NCBI RefSeq assembly: GCF_009914755.1
Contig: NC_060934.1
DNA: 64,000 nucleotides
DNA from: the human T2T-CHM13v2.0 reference genome, Homo sapiens
Reading direction: 5' to 3' (one strand)
Under the pieces are notes generated by a model. That model did no database searches, was not told the origin of the DNA, and saw only the letters and a list, made by a program, of their open reading frames with translations. Positions within the stretch are counted from its first letter, which is position 1. Each line of letters opens with the position of its first letter. Shown piece after piece: positions 14,776 to 30,608 of the stretch. The position numbers and the translations under genes are program-made.

Positions 14776-15458
14776 CTTATTTTTTATAGGGATAGAGTAT
14801 GAAGTCTGTTTTCCTCATTACTGGTAGACTAACTGTTCCAAAACCATTTTTCTTTTCTGCATTTCTCATATCTCACGTCAGTGAATATATTTAAATACTG
14901 ACTACAGCAATTTCTAAATTGTTCCACTATTTCTGTGTCTTTCTTTATATCATATTATTTAGCTTCTGAAGAAAAGAAGTGTCATAAGTAGCTGGAGACC
15001 TTCATAAAGATATTTGTGATAATTGTTTTAAAATGTAGATAGAAAAATATTTATTTGACTTGAAAAGTACACAATAATTGTCTTTTCTTTCTCTCAAACT
15101 TTTTTTTTTAGACTACACTCTAAGACAAGAAATGTATGCTGGGAGGAAACAAAGACTAGTCTGATATGAAACTTGCTTTCAAAAGCAGAGTTGTGATATT
15201 CAAGAAAAATATCACAGAATAGAATGTCCTAACTGCAATAGGAGAGGTTCAGATAAAATACTACAGAAGTTCACAGCATGGAGCCCCAGCAGTCATCTTT
15301 TCCAAACGAATCATCTTACCAGAGCACAAAACCCTCTCCAAGATACCACATCACTAGTAAATATGGTAATGTGGAATTTAAATCTTTAACATCTACCAAG
15401 AGCCTGCAAAATCAGTATGCAAAGTAATGTGTTGCATTGTTTAAAGAATACTAGGTTG

Positions 15459-15662
15459 ATGGTGAAACCCCGTCTCTACTAAAAAAAATACAAAAATTAG
15501 CCAGGCGTGGTGGCGCACGCCTGTAATCTCAGCTACTCAGAAGGTTGAGGCAGGAGAATCTCTTGAACTCAGGAGGCCAAGGTTGCAGTGAGCCAAGATT
15601 GCGCCATTGAAATCCAGCTGGGGCGACAGGGGGAGACTCCATCTCCAAAAAAAAAAAAAAAG
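15459..15662 (+). mobile_element. 5'-truncated AluS
   Basis: Starts at atggtgaaaccc; TSD aaagaatac(t/c)aggttga. Confidence 0.92.
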
Positions 15663-16246
15663 AATACCAGGTTGAAACGTGCTCTCAAAATACAAAGTTA
15701 ATTAGATGGAGGGTCTCTTCTAACTTATTTGCACAAAAATAAGTATTTTCTCTTTATTTTGTCCTTAATGTCAAGTAAAAACTTTATTTACCTGAAGTTC
15801 TTTTTGAGGCTACAAAGGAGGGTCATTTAGCTTGCTCCAAGTTACAGAAGAAACTGAGGCACAAAAAAATTTAATACATTGAATCTAAAAGCTTTAAATA
15901 AAGGATGCATTGATTAAAAAACAAATATGGATGACCTACTAGAAGCTTGGAAATGTTTAGTTGAAGCTTTCTCCTCTTATCTTAAATACAGGGCTCCCTG
16001 GAAATTAATCACAGATGTTCCAGCACTTGGTAGAAAGGCAAACTTGTGGTGGGAAAGATACAAACAAAATAAGAGCCAAAAGTTGGTCATTGTTTGCAGG
16101 ATGTCTTATTCAATGTGTATTTTTCTATATGTACATGCATAGGTAAGTCTCAGAGACTTTCTGCTCAAAGATAGGTGACTCTCAGGTATGGTGCAAAAGA
16201 GCAATCTCCCCTCCCACCCTCACACTCTTTAAAAACAAGGCAGGGT

Positions 16247-16560
<314 letters not shown>

Positions 16561-17328
16561 CTATCAATTGGTCTGACATTCCAGAAGTCTAGAAATTGTG
16601 AAATAAATGCCTTTTTAAATATAAATATTTATGTTTCAAGTTTGGATATTTTAAACAAATTTTAGTATGAAAATGAATAGCAAAAAAGGTCTAGCCATTC
16701 TTACTAGTTAAACCAAAGAGCATACTTCCAAAGACACAAACAATAAAATCCCTCTTCCTAGCTCAGCCCTGTGCTTTGAAGGCTTGAGGCTGGTGTGGGT
16801 GTGTCAGAACGCCCTCCCGCTCTCTGCCCACAGGATTTCCATTGACGTAGGTGGGACCTGGATTCCAAATATGTGACCCCAAATAGGTCAGTAAAGGACG
16901 CCTGTCACAAAGGGAGATCTGTCTTTAAAATTTCAGCATGTGACAGTTCACAAGGGAGAAAGTCATAGAAACCCAAATATTGGATTCTCTGCTCTAATTA
17001 TTTCAGTGAATGGCCCTTAATGAGAAAAGTCATTTCACAGCAGGATCCGTGAGTTTATGTCTGGAGCCATAGTGATGTTTCACCAGTGAAAATCTCTTTC
17101 TACTTTGAGCTTTTGAAGACAAAAGAGATGAATGCAATGTGGACATAGCTTCAAAGCTGTACAAGGATCCAGCAAGACAAGAGAAATACAAAATGCATCT
17201 CGGGTCAGTTGAATGCATGTTTAGGATTGCCCATCTGTCCGTCTCTGTTCACATCTTGACCTACGCTGTGTTCCTCTGCGTGGGGTTGGATGCCAGGTCC
17301 CCTCTCCATTGATGGGTCCCACAGGTCT

Positions 17329-17736
17329 TGATATAGTTTGAATGGTTGTCCCCGCAAAGCTTATGTTGAAATGTGATCCCCAGTGTTGGAGGAGGGGCCT
17401 GGTGGGAGGTGTTTGGGTCATGGGGTGGGGGCAGATCCCTCATGAATGGCTTGGTGCACTCCATGGTAATGAGTGAGTTCTTGCTCTGTTAGTTCACATG
17501 AAATATGATTGTTAAAAATATTCTGGCACCTCCTCCTCTCTCTTGCTCCCTCTCTCACTATGTGACACACCTGCTTCCCTTCTACCATGAGTAAAAGCTT
17601 CCTGAGGCTTCACTGGAAGCTGAGCAGATGCCGATACCATACGGCCTCCAGACCTATGAGCCAAATAAACCTCTTGTCTTTATAAATTACCAAGCCTCAG
17701 GTATTCCTTTATAACCATGCAAAACAGACAACCACA
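17329..17736 (+). mobile_element. MST (MSTB-like) MaLR solo LTR
   Basis: TG...CA termini, 5-bp TSD ggtct on both sides, aataaa near 3' end, MST consensus motifs. Confidence 0.9.
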
Positions 17737-17919
17737 GGTCTCAAATATCATTTCATTTTGGGGGCTTACTTTGTGGTCCCAGTAACATGAAAGTGTCCCT
17801 AGTAAAAGGGAAAAATGAGCAGATGGACTTGTTTTAGTGGGACAGCTAGTTCCAAGCAGCTTTTGAGAGGAGGGAGGAAAGGGAGGGAGAGGTTGGAATG
17901 CGTGGAAAGGAAGAAGCCT

Positions 17920-18180
17920 AATTAAAAGCCCTTTGTATTTGAACTTGGGAGAAGGGTGCTCTAAAGTGAGCCAACAGGGTAAGTTTCCCCTCCTCCCAAC
18001 TTGGCTGAGCATTAACCCTGCAAGTGGCTTTCAAAAATGTTTATGAGGCTGAGATTTTTCCATTCACTGTGACACCTACCACATCCTAAACAACATGATA
18101 TGTTGTCATGATCTCACTTGATTCACCAACCATCCTATGAGACAAATGTTAATGGCCCATTCTCTGGCTTAGGACATGCA
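17920..18180 (+). repeat. Local duplication copy A (partner about 19765-20025)
   Basis: Colinear similarity over about 250 bp (cccctcct..caacttggc..tgcaagtgg..ctgtgacaccta..gatctcacttgattcaccaaccat). Confidence 0.85.
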
Positions 18181-19764
18181 ACCTGGGCAGGAACACTGGT
18201 TTGTCCAATGTGGTGCACGTGGTGAATTAGGCAGCCCGTCCTCCCACACAGCACAGCACAGTGACACTGGACACACCCAAAGGCCAAGAGCCATCTGGTC
18301 CAGAGTGATGCAAAAAGTGATCCCAGGCACCCTCCAGCATCAGCCCCAGTCATCATCCCCCAAGAAGGGGCGACAAGGAAGGCTCGGTTCTTATCCCCAC
18401 TCTCATCAAGCTTTCATGGTCCCCGCTGAAAATAAAAAAGCAAGTTGCTAGCATTGGATGCCCTGAAATCAATAGCAAAAGAAAAGAGACCCTCTCTGTC
18501 TGCCAAGGAGCTGCAGCCAAGCCTCCTCCTCTGTCCTTCCTTCCACACCAGTCATGCCCCTGAATGGAAACCTGGACTAAAGTCTATGTCACTACACCCT
18601 CTGCAAATGTCCAAAGCTGCCTGCAGAGGCAGGGTTCCTCGTGAAGTTCCATGTTGGAAAACTCCCATTTGGGGGAGCAGTGTTAGACCCAGTTGAGCCA
18701 CTTATAAGCTGTTGCATCAGGTATTTGATTAATATATGTTCTGCTTTAATCAGTAAACAACTTACATTTGTGTAGTACTTTAGAGTTAACAAAGGAGTTT
18801 TATTCCTCACCCCATTATATCCTCAAACAGTGATGACCATCAATATCCTGATTTTATAATTGAGGAAGCCAAGAGGTGGAATGGGCAGCCTTGTATCACC
18901 TATTCGAAAAGTGTCAAGGTCAAAATGGGAATCCACAGATGCTGGCTTTTAAAAATTATTACTAGATTTTTCAAACATAAGAAGAGTAGAGAAAATAGAT
19001 CATGCTCTCTCATGCCCATCACCTAGCTTGAATAGTTATTCATCGGTTTCCAGATTTACTTCGTCTATTTTTGTTTTGTCAGGATTGCTTTCCAGACATC
19101 CTATTATTTCACCCCCATGCATCTCTAAATGTAAGAACACCCATGCCTTCTGGCTGCAAAGCCCATGCTCTGCTCACTACTTCATAATGTCCCCGGGGAA
19201 CTCACTGGCTTCACCTGCACCTGCTGGGGAGGGAAAAGCTGGATGAGATGAACTCTGAGGCCCTTCCTGTTCTGAAATTTCTGGATTCTGGTTTTTGTAA
19301 CCAAAGCAACATTCACCACAATGGCTTCTGTGTGCTGTTCTCACCTCACCTTTTGTAGTCATTCCCCCTCCCATTGTTGACTCTAAGACTTTAGAGCTCA
19401 TCAGCAGGTGAGCAGAGAAGCAAAGTTGGGGTGATTGACAGAAATCAGATCAGAGTTACCTGGTATAAAGAGACTGAGCACATCCTTCAGGTGTCGACAA
19501 AGTGGGATCCCCAAAACAGTTTGGAAAAGAATGGATGTGAAAAATTACAAACACACTACTGAAGTCATTATCTAAAGAAAATAAGAGCTTGATTGCTCTT
19601 TATTGTATTTATTGTATATTTTTATCTTGAATTTCTAGGAGCACCATAACACTTGCAGTATCTAGAGCCTCTAAAGGACCATCCTAGCTTCCATCAGTAT
19701 AAAGAATTGAGAATTAACCAAGTCACTGATTAAGAAAATGGAATTCCAGCAGTGTGGTCAGGTC

Positions 19765-20320
<556 letters not shown>

Positions 20321-21797
20321 AAATAATAGTAACACTAATAAAGGCATTCAGCCTGAGAGATCAGTTGAATTCCAGAATATCCTGGGTATGTGTTGGGAAT
20401 AGGGAAACTCAAGTGTGAGTATCAGGTGTTGTCACAGTTGCAAGACGGTAGCTAAGCCTGACTTGATCCTTACAGTCCCTGAGGCAAGTCCTCTGTCTGG
20501 GAAGCCACCTCAGTACCTCTATCCATCCTTACTACCTTTGGCAGGAGCATCTAAGAAGCTTCATTCATCCTGTGTGGGTACACTTGGGGCACTGCCCTTA
20601 GGGGCTTTGACCCAGAGTCCCCACGTCCAGGGCAGGGGCAAATTGAAAGCTCAGCTCAGTGCCTTGGCTGGCTGGGCTGGAAAGCGTGCTGCAAGCCTGA
20701 GCCTATTCCAGCCAATGGACTTTATACCACGCAGAGAATCCATACCAGACGCTGTCTTGAAGAATCCAGTCCCAGGGAGCAGTTTATTGATCTGGCAGAT
20801 GATTAAAAGACAGCAGAGATGAGCTCAAGTGTTGCTTTGGTTTTTCCATCCTGAGAGTGAATCTGACATCTCCTTGGGGGATCATCAGCCCCGTCTGCTG
20901 CAGAAGAAGCAGATGACTCCTCCGTGCAGCCGAAGGTCACAGGAATGTTCGAGTCAACGTCTTCTGGCTCAATTCTGTTCGCAGCGAGACACCCAGGGGA
21001 GCGTCACGTTCGCCCCAGGTCTGGAGCATGCCAACGCCTTGCTCCAGATCATGTCTGTGCCAAGAGAAGTCCATGTGCATTCATCCCACAGGCTCGCCCT
21101 CTCCTCTCTCCTTATGGGATAAAGAGAATGATCACAGCACAGCCTGTAACGTTTTATGGCTGCTCAAAGAGAAAAGGGGGAAAAATAGCTTGCATACGTT
21201 GCAAAGAGAGCAGACCATTTTCAGCAATAGGGAAAAGGGATGGAATTTGGGCTGAAGTCAGCTGGAGTTGTCATTTGAAATAGACATCTCTGCTGTCAAC
21301 CCTTGGATGACCTAAGCTGTGCAGCAGATGACTTGGACTTGTCACTAAGTAGATATGCTGTGGTTTTAGGAGAAATTACAGCAGGTGAAATGCTCAGGCA
21401 GCAGATTATTTACAAGCTGTTTCTAATGCGGGAGTTTCTACAGCAAGTGGTTTCATGGACAAAAGTATATATTAAATGGCTCGTGTAATTGCCCACATTG
21501 GCAGTGAAATATAACCGGGTTGGATTTCAGCAGGACACCTATAGCAATGAAGCATGCTTCAATCTGATTAAAAAGTGAACAGCTCCTTACTGGGACAAAT
21601 TATACACTGCCCAGGCCAGCAAGAGGAGAACCTGAATAGCAAATGAATCTTGACAATTAGCTTCTTCAAAGCAAACTTCCCATTCATCCACTTCCACAGC
21701 TTCTGACACCCCTTTGGAGTGAGACGTGTATGTTCTCCTATAAGTCACAGCACACCAGCTCAGAGTTACCAAAGCTGATTCTGCTTTGGAAACCTTG

Positions 21798-22130
21798 AAC
21801 AAAAAGAAGAAAAAGGAGAATATAAGGAGAAAGAAAGGGAGAAGGAGGAGGAGAAGGAGGAAGAAGGGGAGAAGGGGGAGAAGGAGGAGGAAGAAGAGAA
21901 GGAAAAGAAGAAGGAGGAGAAAGAGAACAGGAGGAGGAGGAAGAGGAGGAGAGGGAGAAGAGGAGGAGGAGAACAGGAGAAGGAAAACAGGAGGAGGAGA
22001 ACAGGAGGAGGAGGAAGAGGAGGAGGAGGATGGGGAGGAGGAGGAGGCAGCTCAAGAGCCTGCCATTCCTCAGTTCTTTTTCATAGAAAAACAGAAGGAA
22101 TAAGAGAGAAGAAGAGGGAGAAGAGGAAGA
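21798..22130 (+). repeat. Polypurine (GGA/GAA)n tract
   Basis: About 330 nt A/G-rich with one embedded unique island at 22048-22087. Confidence 0.95.
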
Positions 22131-22695
22131 CCTTAAATCCCCTTCTTTACTTAAAAATTTCTGCAAAACTTGGCCTGCAGTAAATATGCTCTGTCCCAGA
22201 AAAGCTCTGATCCACACAGTTAGATTGGCTGCACGGAAGGGAACTTCCCCAGACATTTTTATGGGGACCAGAGGATAGATAAGCTCCCTGCATGCTCCCC
22301 ACCCCCAACTTCCCCAACCCTTGCACTGCTGGTTTTTGTCAAAGATAGTTGTAGTTACAGCTCATTAATCATCCGTCACCCAGACAGACTCTGACAAGAA
22401 TGCTGATAGCATCAGGGCCCCCAGGGAGCAGACCACAGAGGCAGGACGAGGGGTGGGGGTGACGTTCTCTCCAGCCTGGCCCAAAAGGCCACCAGCCCCA
22501 GAGCCTGCCATTTCTCAGCTCTTTTTCACAGACTGAAAGCTCATGCCTGACTCAAGCTCAGATCAACTGGGCGAGATCGCAGACAATGGGTTCTTTGCCA
22601 CCTGAATAGTAACAGCACTCCCAGGCCATCTAAAAGGTCGGCGTAATTAAAACAACCAGAAGCAGTTGGCGTCCTTTGTTAAAGGCATTCACTGG

Positions 22696-22822
22696 GGCTG
22701 GGCATGATGGCTCATACCGGTAATCACAGCACACTGGGAGGCTGAGGCGGGAGGATTGTTTGAGCCCCGGAGTTTGAGACCAGCCTGGGCAACATAGGGA
22801 GAACTCACCTCAAAATTTTACA
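22696..22822 (+). mobile_element. FLAM (free left Alu monomer)
   Basis: Single left monomer flanked by TSD aaaggcattcactg. Confidence 0.88.
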
Positions 22823-25800
22823 AAAAGGCATTCACTGTGGCTGAATTGTACTCTGGGTCTGCAAATTAGTTTTCATTTATCATTACATCAGCAGTGTGAT
22901 TCTGTTTCTGGATGCCAGCTGGAACCATCTGTGATTTAAATAGCGTGTATGCACACACACACTCATATATTCAGAGAAGGATGTACATCCTTTATATATT
23001 AACCCTAATTTCTGAACCCAACACTGGGACATCTGGTATGATAAGCAAAAGTAATATTGTTTTATCTGGGAAAAGTTTATATATCAAAGAAAAAATCAGT
23101 GGATAAAAAATTGAAATCCAATGCACCCCAGACGAGGAATTTGGATAAATATTTTCTTCCCTTCTAAAGAGATATACCAATATTAAAATCATGTCAGAGT
23201 AAGACCCAGCTCTAGTTTTTAAAGAGAAGCTTCTTAATTTGTTCACAAGTATCTGTAAGTTGCAGAGAGGCAAAATGTATTGCATTTTATAGGTGAAAAT
23301 TTGGAGGCCATAGAGATTGGATGCCCACTTCATGTCACTTGGGGAAGTCTCATTCTGTGACACCCCATTTAATACAAATTCCATTAGCCACCCTGTCAAA
23401 GACACTCATTTCCTTCCTCAGACACTGACTTTAATGGATGTAATGTCACATTTTGGCATCTGGAAGACCTTATTTCCTTTGCCAGTCCTCTCTGTTGGGG
23501 AGATGTAGGGAGAGAGGGAGAGAGCCTGGACAGTAGGGGTTGTGAGGGGTTGAGATGGTGAGCTTTGTTTAATGTGCTCAATTGCCCTGATTTGGGGGTC
23601 AGGACCCACTACTCGAAGTTAGCTGGGATCTTGTAAATTTTCTGAATCAGACTAGGAGGGTCTTGTGTGACTCATGGCATGTTTCCATTTCCAATTAAAG
23701 GAAAGATTTCAGGGGTGCCTGTAGCTCAACTCCTTTTTGTTACCCCACCTTCTCCACGAGCCAATCTAATTTCCAATTTATGAACCGTGTGTCCTACGGA
23801 AGGACCGCAAACTTCAAGAGGGTTTCGCCCACAGTCCCACCTACTCAGCTTTACTAAATGTCATGAAAAGTTTGTTTCCAAGCAAATCCCAGTAATTCAT
23901 GTAATTGAAACACACAGAAGCTTGTCTAGAAACAGGAACATTGACGGAAGATGTTAGGCAAAATATTAAGACAGCCAAAGCTGCTTACTGAGATGTGCAA
24001 GTGACTCGCAGGGGGACAGACATGCCACTTCAGCATCAGAAGTTTTTAATTTAAACAATATGATTCCATGACCACCACCCTTACCCAGTCTTCCGCCTTC
24101 CCACACCTGAACTCCAAAGAAGTTTGAATGCAAGGGGAATTTAAATAAAAGTGTTCAAAGGAAAAGGCATTGAGAAACGCTCAAGTGGACAAGTGTTTTG
24201 TTTGTTTTTGTTTTGTTTTTATTTTTGCAGAGGTTTTCAGAAATGTAACTTTCATTAGTGCCCATGTGAGCTGTCCTGCCTAAAGCCAGCTATTGAGCAA
24301 GTTGAGTAAATCCCCCTAAGGTAGGAAACAAAGTCCTCTCTCTTTACATTAAAAGGAAGAAAAATTTAACAGCAGAGTCCAGACATACCACAAGGCTCGC
24401 TTCATAAATAAAGGGTTTTATTTAGGAGATAAGGTGAACTCTGGGGATCTGTAACAGTTCCTTTCTGTGAGATAAATGCTATGGCATTTGTAGAAAATAA
24501 AACTCTCAGAGAAACCAAGACTTTTCTTGTCAAAACAAGGAGATTATTTTCTAGCAACTAAGTTCATTCTCTTTGACCTTGCCTGCCATTAGGGTAAAGG
24601 AGATAATAAAAGAGAAAGGGGGAGATTGAATCAGATAGCTAATGTGCAAAGAGAATAAGACAGATATTTAAATATTTCTGGAGAATTCTGCTCCAGTGAG
24701 ATGCTTTTAGAAAAAGAAAAAAAAAAAAAGATGCATTCTCCATTGCTCCCAACTGGATTGCAGAAATAGCACAAGATTACTTGGAATCACGTTTTATTTT
24801 TATTTACGATCTGGAGTGGGAGGTGATACACGAGGGCTGACTCCTACTCCACAGCTGCACTCTCCGGGTTCTGGAGCTGAAGACATGGCGTGCTCTGGGG
24901 GGAAAGGTTAGCGCTGAGAACACATTGCTGTTTCTTGCTCGGATGTGCTGGCAAGAGGGGCCCTGGCTTTGCCTTGTAAAAGTAGCTCCGGAGCAAACCA
25001 TTAGCACATCTAACCTCAATATTTTGAAATCCAGAAACAACATTGAGTCATGCTGGTCATACTATAAAGTTTTACTGCATTTTTTTAAGAAACAGAGTCA
25101 AAAACAAGCTGGGGATCATGTGAATTATCTCTTTACATGTGTCAAGCCCAGGAATTTGGCACATGGATCAAAATGATGGAATGGAGCAGGGAAGCCACCG
25201 GGAAAGTGTCATTAGAGGAAAAATCACCCTGGCTCCCGGGAATGCATGGCACTTTATCAGGCGGGGTGCCCCTTGTCTTAACCACATACCTGGCACAGTG
25301 TCTGATCTTTGGAAAACTACAGCTATAAATACCCTTCGTCCTGTACTAAAAATAGAGACTCTTTAATGTGAAAGAAGCCAGAGGAAAGAAGGATCTAGTG
25401 ACATCAATGTGTGTCCAGTGTCTGTGTCATCCTGGCCATGTCTCTGTGAGATGGTGAAGCCAGGATCTTAGTGTTTTCAGGAGAAAAATGAATGAATGAA
25501 CTAATCCCCTTCTGGAGAAAACTCAGGATGTGTTGATGACTGGAACTCCTTGTCAACTTTTCCCAGATGCTTTCATGAGTTCGAGGTCAATCTTTTCTGG
25601 GAACAGTCCAGCAATTTCACCCCAAGTGTCAACTTTGTAAAAATACTCGGTAGACAAGAATCCAGGAATGGTTCCTTAATCTATGGCACCCAAGGCCAAG
25701 AGAGCAGACAGTTTTCCCAGGCTGCTCAGGGTTGACTTTACTAAACCGACCATAATTCATACTAACACCTTGAATAATGAGGAGCTCTAAACACATGAGA

Positions 25801-26276
25801 AAATCCAATAAAGTATTTTAGAAGACAAACAAGAAGACTAGCAGTAGACTTGCAGTGCCAGGTGCTATTACAAAGCTGCAGTAATTAAACGAATATGCCA
25901 GTAGCCCCAGAATGGACAAAGAAGTCAATGGACCAGAGTAGAATGTTGAGACCAGATCCCCCCAAATTCAGTATCGTATGATAAAGGTAGCAAGGTCATT
26001 TAGAGGGGAATAGATGATTACTAAGTTGTGCCAGGATAACAGGTTGACCCTAGAAAACACGAAGTTAGAGCTTTACCTCATGGTTTACACCAAAAGAAAT
26101 TCCAGATGGACTAAAAAAAAAAATAAGGATTTAAAATAAAATCATCAAAGGAGAAAATTTAGTTGTTTGTATAGCTGTTTTACGAGAAGAGAAGGTTTTC
26201 TAAGCACGACACAAGAGGTAGAAACCATACTAGAAAAAAACGACCAGTGGGGGATGCAAAACAAACCTTCTCTACA

Positions 26277-26277
<1 letters not shown>

Positions 26278-26326
<49 letters not shown>

Positions 26327-26351
26327 AGAGAGGAGAGAGAGAGAGAGAGAG
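26278..26351. repeat. Compound microsatellite (CA)n(GA)n
   Basis: About 22 CA units directly followed by a GA run. Confidence 0.97.
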
Positions 26352-26468
26352 AACAATGTGTAAAGGAGGTGAACATGCAGTTCATAAGAGAAGGCATACA
26401 CACAGAAGATAAAACCACGAAAAACCTCACTAATAATCAAAGAAGGGAAAATTAAAGCCATCTGTTAT

Positions 26469-26762
26469 GCCAGGCATGGTGGCTCACACCTGTAATCCCA
26501 ACACTTTAGGAAGTGGAGCCAGAGGATCGCTTGAACCCAGGGGTTCAGGACCAGCCTGGGTGACAAAGCCAGACTCTGTCCCTACAAAATAAAAATAAAA
26601 AAATTAGCCAGGCATGATGGCATGCGCCTATAGTCCCAGCTTCTCAAGAGGCTGAGATGGGAGGATCGCTTGAGTCTGGGAGGTCAAGGCTGCAGTGAGC
26701 CATGATTATGCCACTGCACAACAGCCTGGACAACAGACTGACACCTCATCTCTTAATAACAA
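26469..26762 (+). mobile_element. AluJ
   Basis: Full dimer with AluJ-type ggaggatcgcttga. Confidence 0.92.
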
Positions 26763-27099
26763 AAGCCATGAGTTGTTATTTGGTTCTTATCAAATTGACA
26801 AGCATTTAAAATAATGCTAATGCCCAGATTGGGCAATGTAGAAAGGCAAACCCTCTCATACCCTGTGGGTGAGAATATAAAATGTGTTCAAGGTTTTGTA
26901 GTTATTCTACTGTATTTGTCCTACTGTATTCTTTTCTAAGATAATTTTTGAATGATCACCCTTCTCTAATATAAAGCTCATGGTGCTGGTATGAATGACC
27001 CAAAAGTCCAGATTGAAAGGACAATTCAGTGACATCAAAGCCATTTTCCTGGTAACTGGAGCACTGGAATAGTCCTGTGGCCATCATATGTTGTGGTTG

Positions 27100-27543
27100 G
27101 GCATGGCAGCTACCGCTGGCTGGCTGTCCCAACCACCATGTGTGAACCTCTTCCTCCTAGTTCATTCTGATCATAAAGGCTATAAAAATCTCAATACTTA
27201 CTTTCCACACCTGTAGCCGTGGTTGACCATGTGATGTGAATCTGTACAAAGAGTTGTAAAAAGAAGTTTGTTATAGCTTCTGGGACAGTCTTTGCTTTTG
27301 TCTCTGGGGGCACTTCTTTGTTTCTTCCCAACGTGACTGAGGAGGTAAAGCCTGGAGCAGGGGCAGCCATTTTGTGACTGTGAGGCAAAGTCAAGAATAT
27401 CATAGAGACTTTAGCCCCAACACTGAGAACCTTCTTCAGTCCTCAGTTTTCTTGTTGTATAAAAAAAAATGAACCCATATTTGTTTAAGATAACATAAAC
27501 CTAGCTCTCTACTACTTGGTAGCAAATAGCATTTTTAACTGAT
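27100..27543 (+). mobile_element. Old MLT1 (I/J/K-like) MaLR LTR
   Basis: gaccatgtga..gcagccattttgtgactgtgagg..ttgtttaag..tttttaactgat. Confidence 0.6.
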
Positions 27544-28105
27544 TGAGAAGTTCACAACTGTTAGAAAACATAACATAAATATACAATATATGTTAAATCC
27601 CTTAATACATAAAAATGGGGAAAGAGTATGCATTTAGAAGACATTTGGCAGAGGCACATTTTTATTTTTTTAATAAGCATACTATTTGGAATAAGATGCT
27701 TACATTCTAGCAATATCGTTAGCTCATGAACAGCCATGCCTGAACATTCTGGATGAATAATCTTTCACTAAATATCTAAAAAGCTTTTAAAATAAGTCTG
27801 GTATTAAAGTAACAAAAAATAATAGAAACAAAATATACATTCAAGAATGTTCATTTTAACAGTATATTGTCAAAATAAAAAGGGAGGAATTCAAAAACCT
27901 AGGTGTCTAACAATAAGAGATTGGTTAAATGAATAATGGTAAATCTATAAAATGAAGTCATATGTACCCATTAAAAATAATGTTGTAGAGGAATATTTAT
28001 TGGTATAAGAAAATTGTCACCATATAATTAAGTGAAAAAAGAACCTACAAGATAGAATAAACAGTACATAATTATTTCTGTTACTGAAGACTGAGACCAC
28101 CTTAA

Positions 28106-28466
<361 letters not shown>

Positions 28467-28483
28467 TTAATTTTTTTTAATGA

Positions 28484-28750
28484 GGCTGGGTGTGGAGGCT
28501 TATGCTTACAATAACACTTTGAGAGGCTGAAGCCAGGAGTTCGAGACCAGCCTGGGCAACATAGTGAGACCATGTCTCTACAAAAAATTTAAAAATTATC
28601 TGGGCATGGTGGTGCACACCTGTAATCCTAGTTACTCAGGAGGCTGAGGCAAGAGGATCACTTGAGCCCAGGAGTTCGAGGCTGCAGTCAGCTATAATCA
28701 CACCACTGTACTCCAGCTTGAGTGACAGAGCAAGACCCTGTCTCTAAAAA
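28484..28750 (+). mobile_element. AluJ (small left-arm deletion)
   Basis: Forward dimer 17 bp from the previous Alu. Confidence 0.92.
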
Positions 28751-29340
28751 TATGTATATATAAAATGTAAGTGAAAATTGCATTAAATGAATTAAAATGT
28801 GAAATATACTACATTGTTGCTAGTGTTTTTCTTTCTTTTTGCTTTTAGCTTTGAACATATACATATATCCTTTTTCATATTTTCCACTGATTTTTGCATT
28901 CAACATCTATGACTTTTTTAATTAGGAAAAACTTAAAAGACAACTCATGAAAGGAAATTTTCTTTTCTCCGATGCCGCTTTTCACCATTGTATCCAGAAA
29001 GGGTATGCAGACTTTACTACCTGAGGCCCCTTCCTGACATGTGTGGTCTTCGCGGGTGTGGAAGTGAGCGTGCGCCAGTTTGGAGCAGGCAGGCTGATTC
29101 CTCAGGGCCATGCTGCTGCAGGGACGGCCACAGTCCATGGCTTTCCCCATTGTCCACTCAGCCCTGGCCCTCCCAGGGATCTGCCAGCTGATCCCCGGCT
29201 GCTACTGACTCCCCACTGAGGGGCCACCAGAATCTCAGCCTTTCTGTGTCACCACCCTCCTCTCTCTATACCTCATGATCTATGTCCTCTCATAATCTAT
29301 TCTCTGCTTGACAAAGTGACAACAAGCTATCATGAACAGA

Positions 29341-29666
<326 letters not shown>

Positions 29667-30608
29667 TAGTATTTGCAGCAGAAAATATACCTGGTATATC
29701 TGAAATTTAGCTAAAATGGCAGAATGTGATAGTGAAGTTGCCCTGTGGAGGCTCTAGATGGATTTCAGGTTCTAAGACATTGGGTTGGTCCCAAGTGTGA
29801 AGTCCAGACCAGGTCAGTTCCTGAAGGGCAAAGGCAATTTTAATGGAATTGGAGTAGGACCATGGAAAGTCAAAACACATTCTGCCCCCTTGACCCTATT
29901 TCTACCATTGCTCCTTTGAAGGTAGCTCTTTTGAATGTGCCAGTGGAGAGAAATCTCATTTCCCTCACTGACAGAGGTCTAAAACCTAGAGGACAGTATT
30001 GGTTTTTCTTCTTCTAGAGAGCAAGTTCAGACATTGCTGGGAACACCAGCTGCTCAAGCCCATCCTTTGCCTCTTACTGACCTTTCTCCATCTGCCTTTT
30101 CACCCCAGACTCCCTGCACTCGACATTTCCCAGTTATCACTCAAGTACTAATTGTCAAGGGGGGCCGCCTCATGAAAACCCCACTCTTGCCATCAATATT
30201 ACTTTTAAAAACACTCCCTACACACCTGACCCTTCTCCTCCTTCCAACTCTGTGGTTACAGGCAGTAAGAGTTTCCACCGTTGCCATGGTGCCATTTTGG
30301 AAATCTTGCACCTTGGAGCAGAAGAAAATAAAGAAATATTTCAAAAATGAAGGAAACAATCAAGGTGGAAAGAAGAGGAGCAATACAGGGATGCTGGGGA
30401 GAGGGGATGAGTGGCATCTGGAATTCTGCCAGGTGTTGGTAAGGAGCTCTCTCAAGGGTTTCATAAAAATGGCCCCAAGTCACTGAAAGTCAGCCAAACA
30501 CTTGGCCATCCCAGGGCCTCTCAGCTTCAGCAGCAGCCAACTCCACTGCAGCAGCCATCTAAGGTTGAAAAGGGACAGAGACTTGAAACTGGTAGCAACT
30601 GATTGCCC

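Larger units (their letters stand above)
25780..26900 (+). mobile_element. Ancient L1M ORF2/3' fragments (interrupted by microsatellite and AluJ)
   Basis: tattacaaagctgcagtaattaaa..caatggaccagagtaga..tacaccaaaagaaattccagatgga. Confidence 0.7.
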
